From assembly GCA_949284685.1 (NCBI GenBank), contig CASDWE010000002.1:596106-660105 (forward strand): a stretch of DNA of 64,000 bases, written 5' to 3'. This DNA is from an uncultured bacterium. Its GTDB lineage: Bacteria > Bacillota_I > Bacilli_A > RFN20 > CAG-826. Of the stretch, positions 30,600 through 40,328 are shown piece by piece. Numbering within the stretch: the stretch's first letter is position 1; the number at the start of each line of letters is the position of its first letter. The position numbers were made by a program, and so were the translations under genes. The notes under the pieces were generated by a model. The model made no database searches, was not told where the DNA came from, and saw nothing but the letters and a program-made list of their open reading frames with translations.

Positions 30600-31004
30600 T
30601 CAATTAGTGGATAATTTAAACGTGTACGTATCTTTAAAAAGATTGTTTTATTCGATAAACTTTAATACAAGTTGTTAAATTCACAGCTTAGGATTGGAAG
30701 GTTTTTTATGTCTCACATCAATTAATTAAAGAATCATAGAAGTTTTAACAATAAATTAGAGTTTAACATCGAAAATAGGTCTATTTAAAGGAATTAAAAA
30801 GTAGCATAACGAACTGAGTATAAACAAGAGATGTAAAACAAGAAAAATCATATATTTAATATTTTTATCAAAAAAAAGCTTGATAATTATGATTCTTTTG
30901 TTATTCGTTTTAAAAATATTTGATGTTAATAATTTAAATTATCATAAAGACACGAATTAGATTGCTATAGCAAATAAAATACATATAAATTTAAATAAAA
31001 TCAC

Positions 31005-31026
31005 TGCAAAACTGACTTATTTTGTG
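31005..31026 (+). promoter_or_regulatory. Conserved upstream motif TGCAAAACTGACTTATTTT (copy 1), about 25 nt upstream of an extended -10 (TGaTAAAAT, 31046-31054)
   Basis: A near-identical 19-mer recurs at 38292-38310 upstream of another envelope-protein gene. Confidence 0.35.
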
Positions 31027-31088
31027 TACTCTTTTTCAAATATTTGATAAAATATTTAAGTCAGAAAAAATGAAAGGAGTGACAATTA

Positions 31089-33688
31089 ATGGAGAAAAAA
31101 TCTTTTTTATTTTTAGCGGTAGTTTTTTCGCTTCTTCTTGCTGGATGTAATAATGTTGATAATACATCTAGCGAGAATTCATCTACAACAAGTGTTGGTG
31201 GTAGTTCATCTTCTTCAAGTGAAGTTAACGTTAATCCACCATCATTTTTATTAGGTAAATTTTATGCTCCTACTGGAATACTTACCGTAAACGAAAAAGA
31301 AGCTGTTTTAGATGATTTAACTTTATCTTATATTGATTATGATGAAGCCGAAGAAATATTATATTTAGAAAATTTTAATGGCGGAGATGCATATCGTTTA
31401 TATCTTTCTAACAGTGAAAAAATGGAAGTCATTTTAGATATTCAAAATGGAGAAAATTTTGAAATTATTGATACTTTTATGCCAGATATCACTCAATTTG
31501 TAGGTACATACACTGCGTATGGTGATTCTAGTCCTTATAATATTCCTATCGTTATTACAGATGAATATGTTAGTGATTTAGATACCTTTACGGTTAATCA
31601 ACCACTTTATTCTTATGGTCTTATGATAATGATTATTACTATGTATCAACATATTTTGCATATATCGATGGTGAATTAAAAACAATGATCGACATCTTAG
31701 ATTACGAAGATGATTATCTTTATTATTCTTGCTATTTGACTATCAATAATGGGATTGCTTCGCTTTATGATGTTCTTTATGATAGCGAAGCATATTATGC
31801 TGATCTATCATTTGTATATGGGACTTATTTTGTTGATGATAATAAAACTTTATCGTTTGAATATTCTCCAGTTTATGATGAAAACACATGGGAATATTCT
31901 ATTAACTCAGAATTGATGATTGATGGAGAATCGTTCAACATTGAACTTATTTATGATAATGGTTCTTATCTAAAAATTTATAATGACAGCAGAGAAGCAC
32001 TTCTTCAATCTACCGCTTATGGATTAAAGTGGATTGAAAATAATAAAATTAACTATTATCCGTATAATACTCTTGAACATTTGGTTGGGACATATAAAAA
32101 TGAAGTTGGTTTTGTATATAGTTTTCAACTCGACAATGCGAATTTAATTGATGGAACACTTCTAATTAACAATCAGCAAAATGAATTCGAAGTAGTTATT
32201 TTTGAAGATAAATTAGGCATTTCGACCCATGTTGATGGATATAATGAAAATGTTGTATTTATCGAATTTAAAACAAATATATCTATAGAAATGTATGCAA
32301 ATGAATCTTTTTCCTATTTAATTAATTACGATGCTTTTTTAGAAGCTTTCCAACGAACTTATTTTCAAATTGTTTATACATCAAATGGATCCATAGTTCA
32401 TTTTTATAATGTTGATTCTAATTTAACATTAAGTTCTAATAATCAAACTTTTGAAGGATATTTTAAATATAATCCAAGAGAAGATTATCCAAAACTTGTT
32501 TATTCTGATTGGTCGATAAGTGTTATCGATTATGAAAATAAAATATTTGCTATGACTAATAACATCGATGGAAAAATAAAGTATTTATTTGATATATCTT
32601 TTTTTGATAATCTAGATAACAAAGATTACACTAACGGAAAAGAAAAAATATCTTTTATTTATGATAACGAGAAAATTAATTTAGATTATAAAAATGAAAA
32701 TCTTTCTTTTGTTTTAATTCCCATTTATGATGCATATTCTTTTTCGTATTTAATTGCTGTTGATTTTGAACTTGCTGGTGAGTATTTAGAATTAATTTAT
32801 TCTGAAGGTGGGCAATGGACAGAATATATTTTGGAAAACGAACAATATATTGCAAATGATAGTTATATTCCACTTGATACATTTAACAAATTAGTTGGCG
32901 TATATAAATATGAAGGACAATATGGTGTCGAAGGTTTCGAACTTACTAGCGATGGTCATTTTTACGCTGATACCTTAAATGAAAAAGGTGATGGATTAAT
33001 TTATCATCAAGAAATGGAATATCAATTACAAATGTATCCTCTTGGTAATGGTGAAGTTTCTCCTGTTATTTCCTTTTATTATGATGGAATGTGGATTAAT
33101 TGTTATTTTGAAGATTATTCTTTACTTGTCGTTGAAACTAGGTATGTAAGAGAAGAATTATTTAATTATAGTGGTATTTATGTCGATTCAACTAACACTA
33201 GCATAATTGCTATTTACCAAAACAAAATAATGATTAATGGAGTAGAAGCATTAATTAACAACATTAAAATTGTAGATGATACATTAAATATTGAAGTGAC
33301 AATAAATGGTGAAATATCAACAATTATACTATCAACTGTCGATGGAGTTAAAAAGATAACATATAACGATATTGAACTAATTTTAAATGATGTTAATTAT
33401 AGTTCATTTGTTGGTACTTATACCGATGAAAGTGGCAACACTTATACATTTGATAACCATTATGGATTAGGTGGTATTATTAACGGATTTGAACTAACCT
33501 ACACATCTGTCTCAAGTGGATTGCCAACAGTGTATACTGATTTTACTGTCATATTAATGAACGGACATATTACTTTAAAATTCAGTGGTATAAGCGAAAC
33601 TTATTATTTAGAAATGACCGATACTGGAGTTATAGCATCGCTTGAAAGTAGCATTCCTCTTCCACCCCCACCTCCACCAGTAGGATAG
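31089..33688 (+). pseudogene. Tyr/Asp-rich surface lipoprotein gene interrupted by a -1 frameshift near 31615-31640 (fragments 31089-31679 and 31685-33688)
   Basis: The first ORF has a signal peptide and lipobox LLAGC and ends after the out-of-character tail LMIMIITMYQHILHISMVN. The second ORF lacks a signal peptide. Its frame is open upstream of its ATG as ...SYDNDYYYVSTYFAYIDGELK, the same composition as the rest. The shift maps to a CTTATGgtCTTATG direct repeat. Both parts carry FVGTYT-type repeats. Confidence 0.45.
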
Positions 33689-33757
33689 TGCTTCAAATCT
33701 GAATGATAAAAATTTATAATTTGAAAAATCAAATTATTAATTTAAAATATTTATGAT

Positions 33758-35539
33758 ATGGTAAAACTAACTAATGTATTTTTGCTTTCGGTTGAATGGT
33801 TTAATACCTCACACCCATATTTTTATTTAGTTATCATTTTAGGTATTTTTATCATTGCATTATTAGCATATTTTATTATTTCTTTTTCATATGGAAAATC
33901 AGTAGTGCATCGTTATACTACAAAAATCAAAAACGAATCAAATACATTAAGAATATTTTCTATTGATGTTAAAAATGGTGTCGTAAAATATTTTGATCGT
34001 GTTGATATGAAAAATAAAAAAACTATTAATATGAGCGAGTTTTATAATTTTTTCAACGCCACTGATGTTGATAAAATTAAAAATTGGTTTGCTGATATCT
34101 CTTCACAAAAAGAAGATATTACTCCTTATTTAGAAGTTCAAAGTATTAGCGATACCGACACCGAATTGAATTTCTTTTCACTTTTAAAACTTATTTCTTT
34201 TCACAAAAAACAAAATGTTATTCATTTAGAAATGCAAACATTAAAGTATCTTTCAGTTAACACCAGTGAAAAAACCAAAAAGAAACTAATATCAAACACT
34301 ATTGTTAATATGTCCACTATAAAAATAATTATCGAAAATAACAAATCATTAAAAGGTTTTACTTTTTCTTTACGATTCACTTATGTTAATCAACTAGCAT
34401 TTGCAGAAAGCGAAGAAGAAAGATTGATGCTTTTAAAAATTAAAAATAGTGTTTATCCATATGCAAAAGATAAAAAACATCCTAGATATTTGTGCGAGGT
34501 TAATGCTTCTGAAATATTGATATTTGATTTAAAATTAACTGATAAAAAGGATGCTTACCAATTAGCATTATCATTATCAAATACCATTCATAAGGTTATG
34601 TTGCTAAATGATTTTAGTCGTTATTTTAAATTGACTATTGGTATTGTCCAAAATAATAAGTTTTATCAAGATTTTAATAATATTGTTAAAAGTGCTCAAG
34701 AAGCATCATTTATAGCAATAAATGAAAATAGAGAAATATGTTTTTACGAAAAAAATGTTGTCAAAGAATTAAACGAAGAGAAAAACAAAGAATTAATTGA
34801 TTCTTTAATTCGTGATGATAAAATCCGGTATTTGTTTCGTCCAATAGTGGACGTTAAAGGTAAAAAAGTTTTGGGATATATCGAATCTATTAAAACGTAT
34901 GGAGCGTCTTTTTCTTCTTATAATGAGATGATGAAATACGCTCACACGTGTCATAAAGATCGCGAATTATTCGCGGTCGTTGCTAAAAATGTTATACCAA
35001 GATACGCTGATGAAAATCCACGACCTAAATCATTATTATTTTTTCCTGTCTCTATTTTAGATTTTGAAAACATTCAAACAATTTTGCCACAAATAACAAG
35101 AATTGATAAAGTTCACTTGGTTTTGATTTTTGAAGAACAAGAAATTTCTCAAACATCATCTCATTTAAAAGAGTTGATGAATTCTTTATCTACTTTAAAA
35201 TTACTTGGCTATGAATTAGCACTTTCTATGATGGATAAAAATTTACTATTAGATGTAAATTTCTATAAAATTTTTGATTATTTTATTGCCGGAACCTCAA
35301 TGACTGGTGAATTAAAGAAAAATAATTTGACTCGATTATCTTTAAGAGCTTTGATTGAATCATTATTAAAATTTAAAAAACCAATTATCGCTACTGGTCT
35401 AGAAGGTTGGCAATCTGTTGAATTGATGGTTAAAAGTGGTGTAAACTTTGTTTCTAGTGAAGCTATATCACCTTCAAGTGAGATGATATTGCCAGTCGAA
35501 AAGAAAAAATTTGAAAAATTGATAGATTTTATTAAATAA
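33758..35539 (+). CDS. Membrane-anchored protein with a C-terminal degenerate EAL-like (c-di-GMP phosphodiesterase-fold) domain
   Basis: An N-terminal TM helix is present. The C-terminal half reads YLFRPIVDV...GYIESIKTY...(EAL to ESI)...KIFDYFIAG...TGLEGWQSVELMVKSGVNFVSSEAIS, in the order of EAL-domain blocks. Several catalytic signatures look degenerate. Confidence 0.4.
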   Translation: MVKLTNVFLLSVEWFNTSHPYFYLVIILGIFIIALLAYFIISFSYGKSVVHRYTTKIKNESNTLRIFSIDVKNGVVKYFDRVDMKNKKTINMSEFYNFFNATDVDKIKNWFADISSQKEDITPYLEVQSISDTDTELNFFSLLKLISFHKKQNVIHLEMQTLKYLSVNTSEKTKKKLISNTIVNMSTIKIIIENNKSLKGFTFSLRFTYVNQLAFAESEEERLMLLKIKNSVYPYAKDKKHPRYLCEVNASEILIFDLKLTDKKDAYQLALSLSNTIHKVMLLNDFSRYFKLTIGIVQNNKFYQDFNNIVKSAQEASFIAINENREICFYEKNVVKELNEEKNKELIDSLIRDDKIRYLFRPIVDVKGKKVLGYIESIKTYGASFSSYNEMMKYAHTCHKDRELFAVVAKNVIPRYADENPRPKSLLFFPVSILDFENIQTILPQITRIDKVHLVLIFEEQEISQTSSHLKELMNSLSTLKLLGYELALSMMDKNLLLDVNFYKIFDYFIAGTSMTGELKKNNLTRLSLRALIESLLKFKKPIIATGLEGWQSVELMVKSGVNFVSSEAISPSSEMILPVEKKKFEKLIDFIK

Positions 35540-35551
35540 AGAGGTGTGATT

Positions 35552-36991
35552 ATGAAAGAAAACAATGTAATTAAAAACGAATCGATAACTAGACAAGAAG
35601 ATGATTTTGCACAATGGTATACTGATGTTTGTTTAAAGGCAGAATTAATGGATTATAGTGATGTTAAAGGATTTATTATTTATCGTCCATACGGATATGC
35701 TTTATGGGAAAATATCAAAAACTATTTAGATATGCGTTTTAAACAAACCGGACATGAAAATATTTATATGCCTTTGGTCATTCCAGAATCTTTATTCAAT
35801 AAAGAAAAAGAACATGTTGAAGGTTTTGCACCAGAAACATTAATCGCAACAATCGGTGGTAAAAATAAATTAGAAGATCGTTTAATTATCCGTCCAACAT
35901 CAGAAGTTTTATTTTGCCAGCATTACGCAAAAGTTATTTCTTCATATCGTGATTTACCAAAAAAATATAATCAGTGGTGTTCGGTTGTCCGTTGGGAAAA
36001 AACTACTCGTCCATTTCTAAGAGGCAGTGAATTTTTATGGCAAGAAGGACACACTATGCATTTAACAGAACAAGAGGCAAGACACGAAACATTATCTATG
36101 TTGGAAATATACGATGAGTTAGGTAAAGATATTTTAGCCATACCTTTTGTTAAAGGCAAAAAGACTGATAAAGAAAAATTTGCCGGCGCATTAGAAACTT
36201 ATTCCATTGAAGCTTTAATGCCAGATGGAAAAGCTTTGCAAAGTGGGACGACCCATTATTTTGGTCAAGGATTTGCAAAAGCATTCAATGTTTCTTATCA
36301 ATCAAAAGAAGGCAAATTAGAGACTCCATATCAAACATCATGGGGCGTCTCAACAAGATTAATTGGATCAATTATTATGGTTCATGGTGATGATAATGGT
36401 TTGGTATTGCCACCTTATGTTGCGCCTATTCAAGTTGTTATTATACCAATCGCACAACAAAAACCAAATGTCTTACCAGAGGCAAGAAAAATATATGAAT
36501 TGTTAACTAAACATAATATAAGAGTCAAAATTGATGAAACTGATAAAACACCAGGGTATAAGTTTGCGGATTGGGAAATGAAAGGTGTTCCATTGCGTTT
36601 AGAAATTGGTCCTAGGGATATTGAAAATAATCGTTGTGTTCTAGTTAAACGAAACACACAAGAAAAAATAACAGTTAATCAAGATGATTTGTTAAATCAG
36701 GTCGATTTGTTATTAAAAACAATTCATCGAGAAATGTATCAAAAAGCTTATCAATTCCTTTTAGAACATATTACAGAAGTTCATTCATTAGATGAATTAA
36801 AACAAGTAGTGGATAGAGGTGGATATGCAAAAATGATGTGGTGTGGGGATGAGGACTGTGAAAACAAAATTAAAGAATTAACAACCGCGACCGCAAGATG
36901 CATGCCATTTAATCAGCAAGAATTTGATGATGTATGTCCAATATGTGGCAAAAAAGCCAAAAAAGTTGTTTTATTTGCTAAAGCATATTAA
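35552..36991 (+). CDS. proS: Proline--tRNA ligase (archaeal/eukaryote-like type with a C-terminal zinc-binding domain)
   Basis: Class II motifs are present, with a C-terminal CxxC...CPICGK Zn ribbon. An AAAGAGG RBS lies 7 nt upstream of the ATG at 35552. The track's GTG at 35546 sits too close to that RBS. Confidence 0.85.
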   Translation: MKENNVIKNESITRQEDDFAQWYTDVCLKAELMDYSDVKGFIIYRPYGYALWENIKNYLDMRFKQTGHENIYMPLVIPESLFNKEKEHVEGFAPETLIATIGGKNKLEDRLIIRPTSEVLFCQHYAKVISSYRDLPKKYNQWCSVVRWEKTTRPFLRGSEFLWQEGHTMHLTEQEARHETLSMLEIYDELGKDILAIPFVKGKKTDKEKFAGALETYSIEALMPDGKALQSGTTHYFGQGFAKAFNVSYQSKEGKLETPYQTSWGVSTRLIGSIIMVHGDDNGLVLPPYVAPIQVVIIPIAQQKPNVLPEARKIYELLTKHNIRVKIDETDKTPGYKFADWEMKGVPLRLEIGPRDIENNRCVLVKRNTQEKITVNQDDLLNQVDLLLKTIHREMYQKAYQFLLEHITEVHSLDELKQVVDRGGYAKMMWCGDEDCENKIKELTTATARCMPFNQQEFDDVCPICGKKAKKVVLFAKAY

Positions 36992-37040
36992 ATATTATTG
37001 CTAAAAATTGTCTATTTATGGTAATATAAATAGGCTTTGT

Positions 37041-37131
37041 GGAGCAATACCCAAGTTGGTGAAGGGGCGTCCCTGCTAAGGACGTAGGTCGGGTAACTGG
37101 CGCGAGAGTTCGAGTCTCTCTTGCTCCGCCA
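37041..37131 (+). tRNA. tRNA-Ser, anticodon GCU
   Basis: The acceptor stem ggagcaa/ttgctcc pairs perfectly. The anticodon arm is cgtcc-ctGCTaa-ggacg. A long variable arm and a T-arm are present. It is 91 nt with an encoded CCA. Confidence 0.75.
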
Positions 37132-37142
37132 AATAGCAAATT

Positions 37143-37166
37143 ATCTAGGCTGTGCCTAGATTTTTA
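37143..37166 (+). terminator. Rho-independent terminator after tRNA-Ser
   Basis: atctaggc-tgt-gcctagat is followed by TTTTTATT. Confidence 0.5.
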
Positions 37167-37392
37167 TTATAAATGTTTTCTATAATTATTCTCATATATC
37201 ATCATTAACAGCTAAACCTTAAAAAATTAAAGGTAAAAAATAATTGGATTAAATCATTTCTGAACATAATGAAGTATATTTTTCCTATGATAATGATAAT
37301 AAAATATACAAAATTGGTGGATTTGTTTTGTATTTTTGGCAATAAAAATAAAATATTTTGAATGTTTTATTTAATGTAATAAAATTAAAAAC

Positions 37393-38244
37393 ATGAGAGC
37401 AATCTTTGTTTATAATCCTAGTAGTGGTACACAAAAAATTAGTAACAAATTAGACTATATTGTCGATAAATTAATGATGGTTTTTGCAGTAGTGGATGTT
37501 TATCAATCAAAAGATAGAGAAGATTTTATAAACATTTGCAAAAAAGCTTGTGGTGTGTATGATTCTTTAATATTTGCGGGCGGGGATGGCACTTTTAATA
37601 TGGTTGTAAACGCCTTGGCTAATGAAGATAACCCACCAACTCTTGGCATTATTCCGACTGGTACAATAAACGATGCAGCAAAAAATTTCTCGATAAGAAA
37701 AAATGTAAAAAAAGCAGTGAATATTATTTTAAAACAACATGTGAAAAATTTTGATATAGGAAAAATTAATGATAAATATTTTGTATTTGCCGCTGCAATA
37801 GGGGCATACGCTGATATACCATTAATTACATCACCTAAATCAAAAAAGAAGTTAGGCCCGCTTGCATATTATTTTAAAGCTCTTCCTAAATTATTTAAAA
37901 TAAAAAAAATCGAAGGAGAAATATTGATAGATAACGAAAAATTAATTCACTATAAAACTCCTTTTATATTAATTTTAAACTCCACTCATATGGGGGGATT
38001 TAAAATAAATCCAAAAAGCAATATTAATGATGGCAAATTTGATTTATTTATGACAAAACCCGAACCATTTAATGGAATATTAAGTTATTTATTTTTTAAA
38101 AAAAGATTGCAACATTATCTTGTCAATAATTTGAAAATTGATGTTAAAATTAATGATTATTGGGATATCGATGGTGAAAAAGGGCCTCAAAATAGTGTTG
38201 AAATATCCCTAATACGCGACAAATTTCGTATATATGGAAAATAA
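37393..38244 (+). CDS. Diacylglycerol-kinase-family lipid kinase (YegS/DgkB-like)
   Basis: The DAGK catalytic domain motif GGDGT is present, with a conserved PxGTxND segment (IPTGTINDAA). Confidence 0.7.
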   Translation: MRAIFVYNPSSGTQKISNKLDYIVDKLMMVFAVVDVYQSKDREDFINICKKACGVYDSLIFAGGDGTFNMVVNALANEDNPPTLGIIPTGTINDAAKNFSIRKNVKKAVNIILKQHVKNFDIGKINDKYFVFAAAIGAYADIPLITSPKSKKKLGPLAYYFKALPKLFKIKKIEGEILIDNEKLIHYKTPFILILNSTHMGGFKINPKSNINDGKFDLFMTKPEPFNGILSYLFFKKRLQHYLVNNLKIDVKINDYWDIDGEKGPQNSVEISLIRDKFRIYGK

Positions 38245-38291
38245 ATATTTGGATTTTGCGGGTTTTTTTGGATGTAATTTCTTAAAATGCT

Positions 38292-38310
38292 TGCAAAATT
38301 GACTTATTTT
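38292..38310 (+). promoter_or_regulatory. Conserved upstream motif TGCAAAATTGACTTATTTT (copy 2), upstream of the 38381 gene
   Basis: This is the same 19-mer as at 31005-31026, with one mismatch. It contains a TTGACT -35-like hexamer. Confidence 0.35.
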
Positions 38311-38380
38311 TTAAAAATTATAGCAATTCCACTGAAATTATATTAAAATTGTTTTAGATTATATAGTAGGAGGATTTCTT

Positions 38381-40078
38381 ATGAAAAAGGCCTTAGGTGT
38401 TTTTACAATTTTAGAGGGAATATCGCTAGTAGTTTGGATTGTAATTCTTTTGTGTACTTTTGCATTTGCGGGTACTGGTACGGATTATTTGACATCGTTA
38501 GTTGATTTCTTTAGACCATTTGGTAATGTTTTTGCCAATTTAGGATCAATAGGCAATCCGAGTGTTTATGGTACTTATGGGTATGTCACACTTGTTTTGT
38601 TTGTAATTTTCTTAGTTTTAGTTTTATTATGGATTATCTTACTTGGTGTTAAGAAAAAACCAATTTATTTATCTTTCTTACCAATTGTTTTATTAGGTCT
38701 ATTTCCATTATTGTGCACTGTAGCAAACTTTGATGCATTCTTATCAATGTTTACTAATGGTATGACTCAAGAAACTATTGTTGGATTGGTAATATATTCT
38801 CTTTTATTTGCTTATGCTGTTTTAATAACTCTGTTGTTTGTAGTATTTTATATTTTGGGACTTGCCAATATTTTAAAACGTGTACCAACGAGCGAAACCA
38901 AAGAACTTCCAGTCGATGGAGATGCTGCAGTTGATGCTTCTTATCCTTATTCAACTGTTGAAGCACCCGCAATGTCTGTTGAAGAACCTACACCAGAACC
39001 TGCTCCTACATATGTTGAAGGAGTTGAACCAGAAGGCGAGCCTGCTCAACACGTTGATGAAACCAATGAACCTACACCAGAACCTGCTCCAACTCCTGCT
39101 CCGGAATCTGTTGGTATTAATGGAAATAATTTAGATGCACAGACTCTTGCACAAGCTATACGCGATGCAGTTCGTGATATAGTTAGAGATGAATTAGCAC
39201 GTGCTGAATTAAATAAACCGCATTCTGTTCCAACCAATTCTAATTCCACCATCACTGGTGCTACATTTGGTGGTCCTCTAGTGGTTCAATATTTTAATGG
39301 TGGTATAAATTCTGTTCCTGCACCAGAACCAAAACCTGTTGAACAGCCTGTTCAAAAAGAAGAGAAAAAATGTGAAGAGGAAGTTAAGGAAGAAAAAGTG
39401 GAAGAGGTTAAGGAAGAACCTGTAGTTGAAGAGCCAACACCAGAACCAACACCAGAACCTGAACCTATAGTTGAACCAGAACCAATTGTTGAAGAACCTG
39501 TTGTTGAACCAGAACCCGAACCCGTGCCTGATGAACCAACACCAGAACCTGTAGTTGAAGAGCCAATTGTTGAACCTGTAGTCGAACCAGAATCAACACC
39601 AGAACCAGTTGTTGTAGAGGAAAAACCACAAAAAGTTTATGAAAGAATATCTTTCATTGATCGTATGATTGATGCTGATAAAGATATGCAGGATAATTAC
39701 AATATTTTGAAAAATGAAATATTGTCATATGGTGTTAAATCTAGAGTTAGTAATTCTGGCGACACATTTAGATTACATAAGAAAACTTATGCTAAAATTA
39801 CAATTGCTGGCAAATCATTAAAATTATACTTTGCACTAGATCCAAAGGATTATGAAAATTCTACCATGCCAGTTCAAGATGCTGGTCATAAAGGAATTTA
39901 TGCTGAAATCCCATTAGTGTTCAAAGTTAGATCTGAATTATCTATGCGAAGATGTAAAGATTTAATTCAAACAGTTATGGAAAAAGATCACTTAGAACAA
40001 GGTGAAATACTTGATGTAAATTGGATTGAAGATTTAAAATCTATCGCCTTAGAAAAAGATAAAGAAGAGGACGATTAA
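38381..40078 (+). CDS. Membrane protein with a long Pro/Glu-rich (EPxPEP) repeat stalk and a C-terminal globular domain, hypothetical
   Basis: There is a GGAGG RBS. Five TM helices are followed by TPEPAP/EPVVEEP repeats (roughly nt 38980-39630) and a conserved-looking 140-aa C-terminus. Confidence 0.5.
   Translation: MKKALGVFTILEGISLVVWIVILLCTFAFAGTGTDYLTSLVDFFRPFGNVFANLGSIGNPSVYGTYGYVTLVLFVIFLVLVLLWIILLGVKKKPIYLSFLPIVLLGLFPLLCTVANFDAFLSMFTNGMTQETIVGLVIYSLLFAYAVLITLLFVVFYILGLANILKRVPTSETKELPVDGDAAVDASYPYSTVEAPAMSVEEPTPEPAPTYVEGVEPEGEPAQHVDETNEPTPEPAPTPAPESVGINGNNLDAQTLAQAIRDAVRDIVRDELARAELNKPHSVPTNSNSTITGATFGGPLVVQYFNGGINSVPAPEPKPVEQPVQKEEKKCEEEVKEEKVEEVKEEPVVEEPTPEPTPEPEPIVEPEPIVEEPVVEPEPEPVPDEPTPEPVVEEPIVEPVVEPESTPEPVVVEEKPQKVYERISFIDRMIDADKDMQDNYNILKNEILSYGVKSRVSNSGDTFRLHKKTYAKITIAGKSLKLYFALDPKDYENSTMPVQDAGHKGIYAEIPLVFKVRSELSMRRCKDLIQTVMEKDHLEQGEILDVNWIEDLKSIALEKDKEEDD
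39300..39630 (+). repeat. Coding Pro/Glu-rich tandem repeats (PEPTPEPEPIVEPEP...) inside the 38381 gene
   Basis: Reiterated gaaccagaaccaacaccagaacct-type codon blocks are visible. They generate spurious ORFs on other frames (38775-38972 and 39046-39255 on the minus strand, 38880-39134 on the plus strand). Confidence 0.55.
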
Positions 40079-40103
40079 TTCCTCATTGAAAAGCAAATTA
40101 GTT

Positions 40104-40133
40104 AAGGGTGCATTGAAGTGCATCCTTTTCTTT
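40104..40133 (+). terminator. Rho-independent terminator
   Basis: aagggtgca-ttgaag-tgcatcctt is followed by TTCTTT. Confidence 0.5.
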
Positions 40134-40328
40134 AATAATTGGTTGCACTAGATTATACTATTTGTATGATAAACCGTAATTTTGATTTAGAACCACGTGG
40201 TGAAAATGAGCCCAAATATAATCCAAATAACAAAACTGATAAAAAATTAGTGACAATTTTATCAATAGTTGCTGGTTTGTTTGTGTTAATTGCTATCGGC
40301 TGTTTTTTGATTTACTATTTTTTATTTT

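Noticed and set aside
38775-39255. ORFs on other frames and strands overlapping the Pro/Glu repeat region (38775-38972 and 39046-39255 on the minus strand, 38880-39134 on the plus strand)
   Set aside because: They are repeat-induced open frames inside a well-supported gene.
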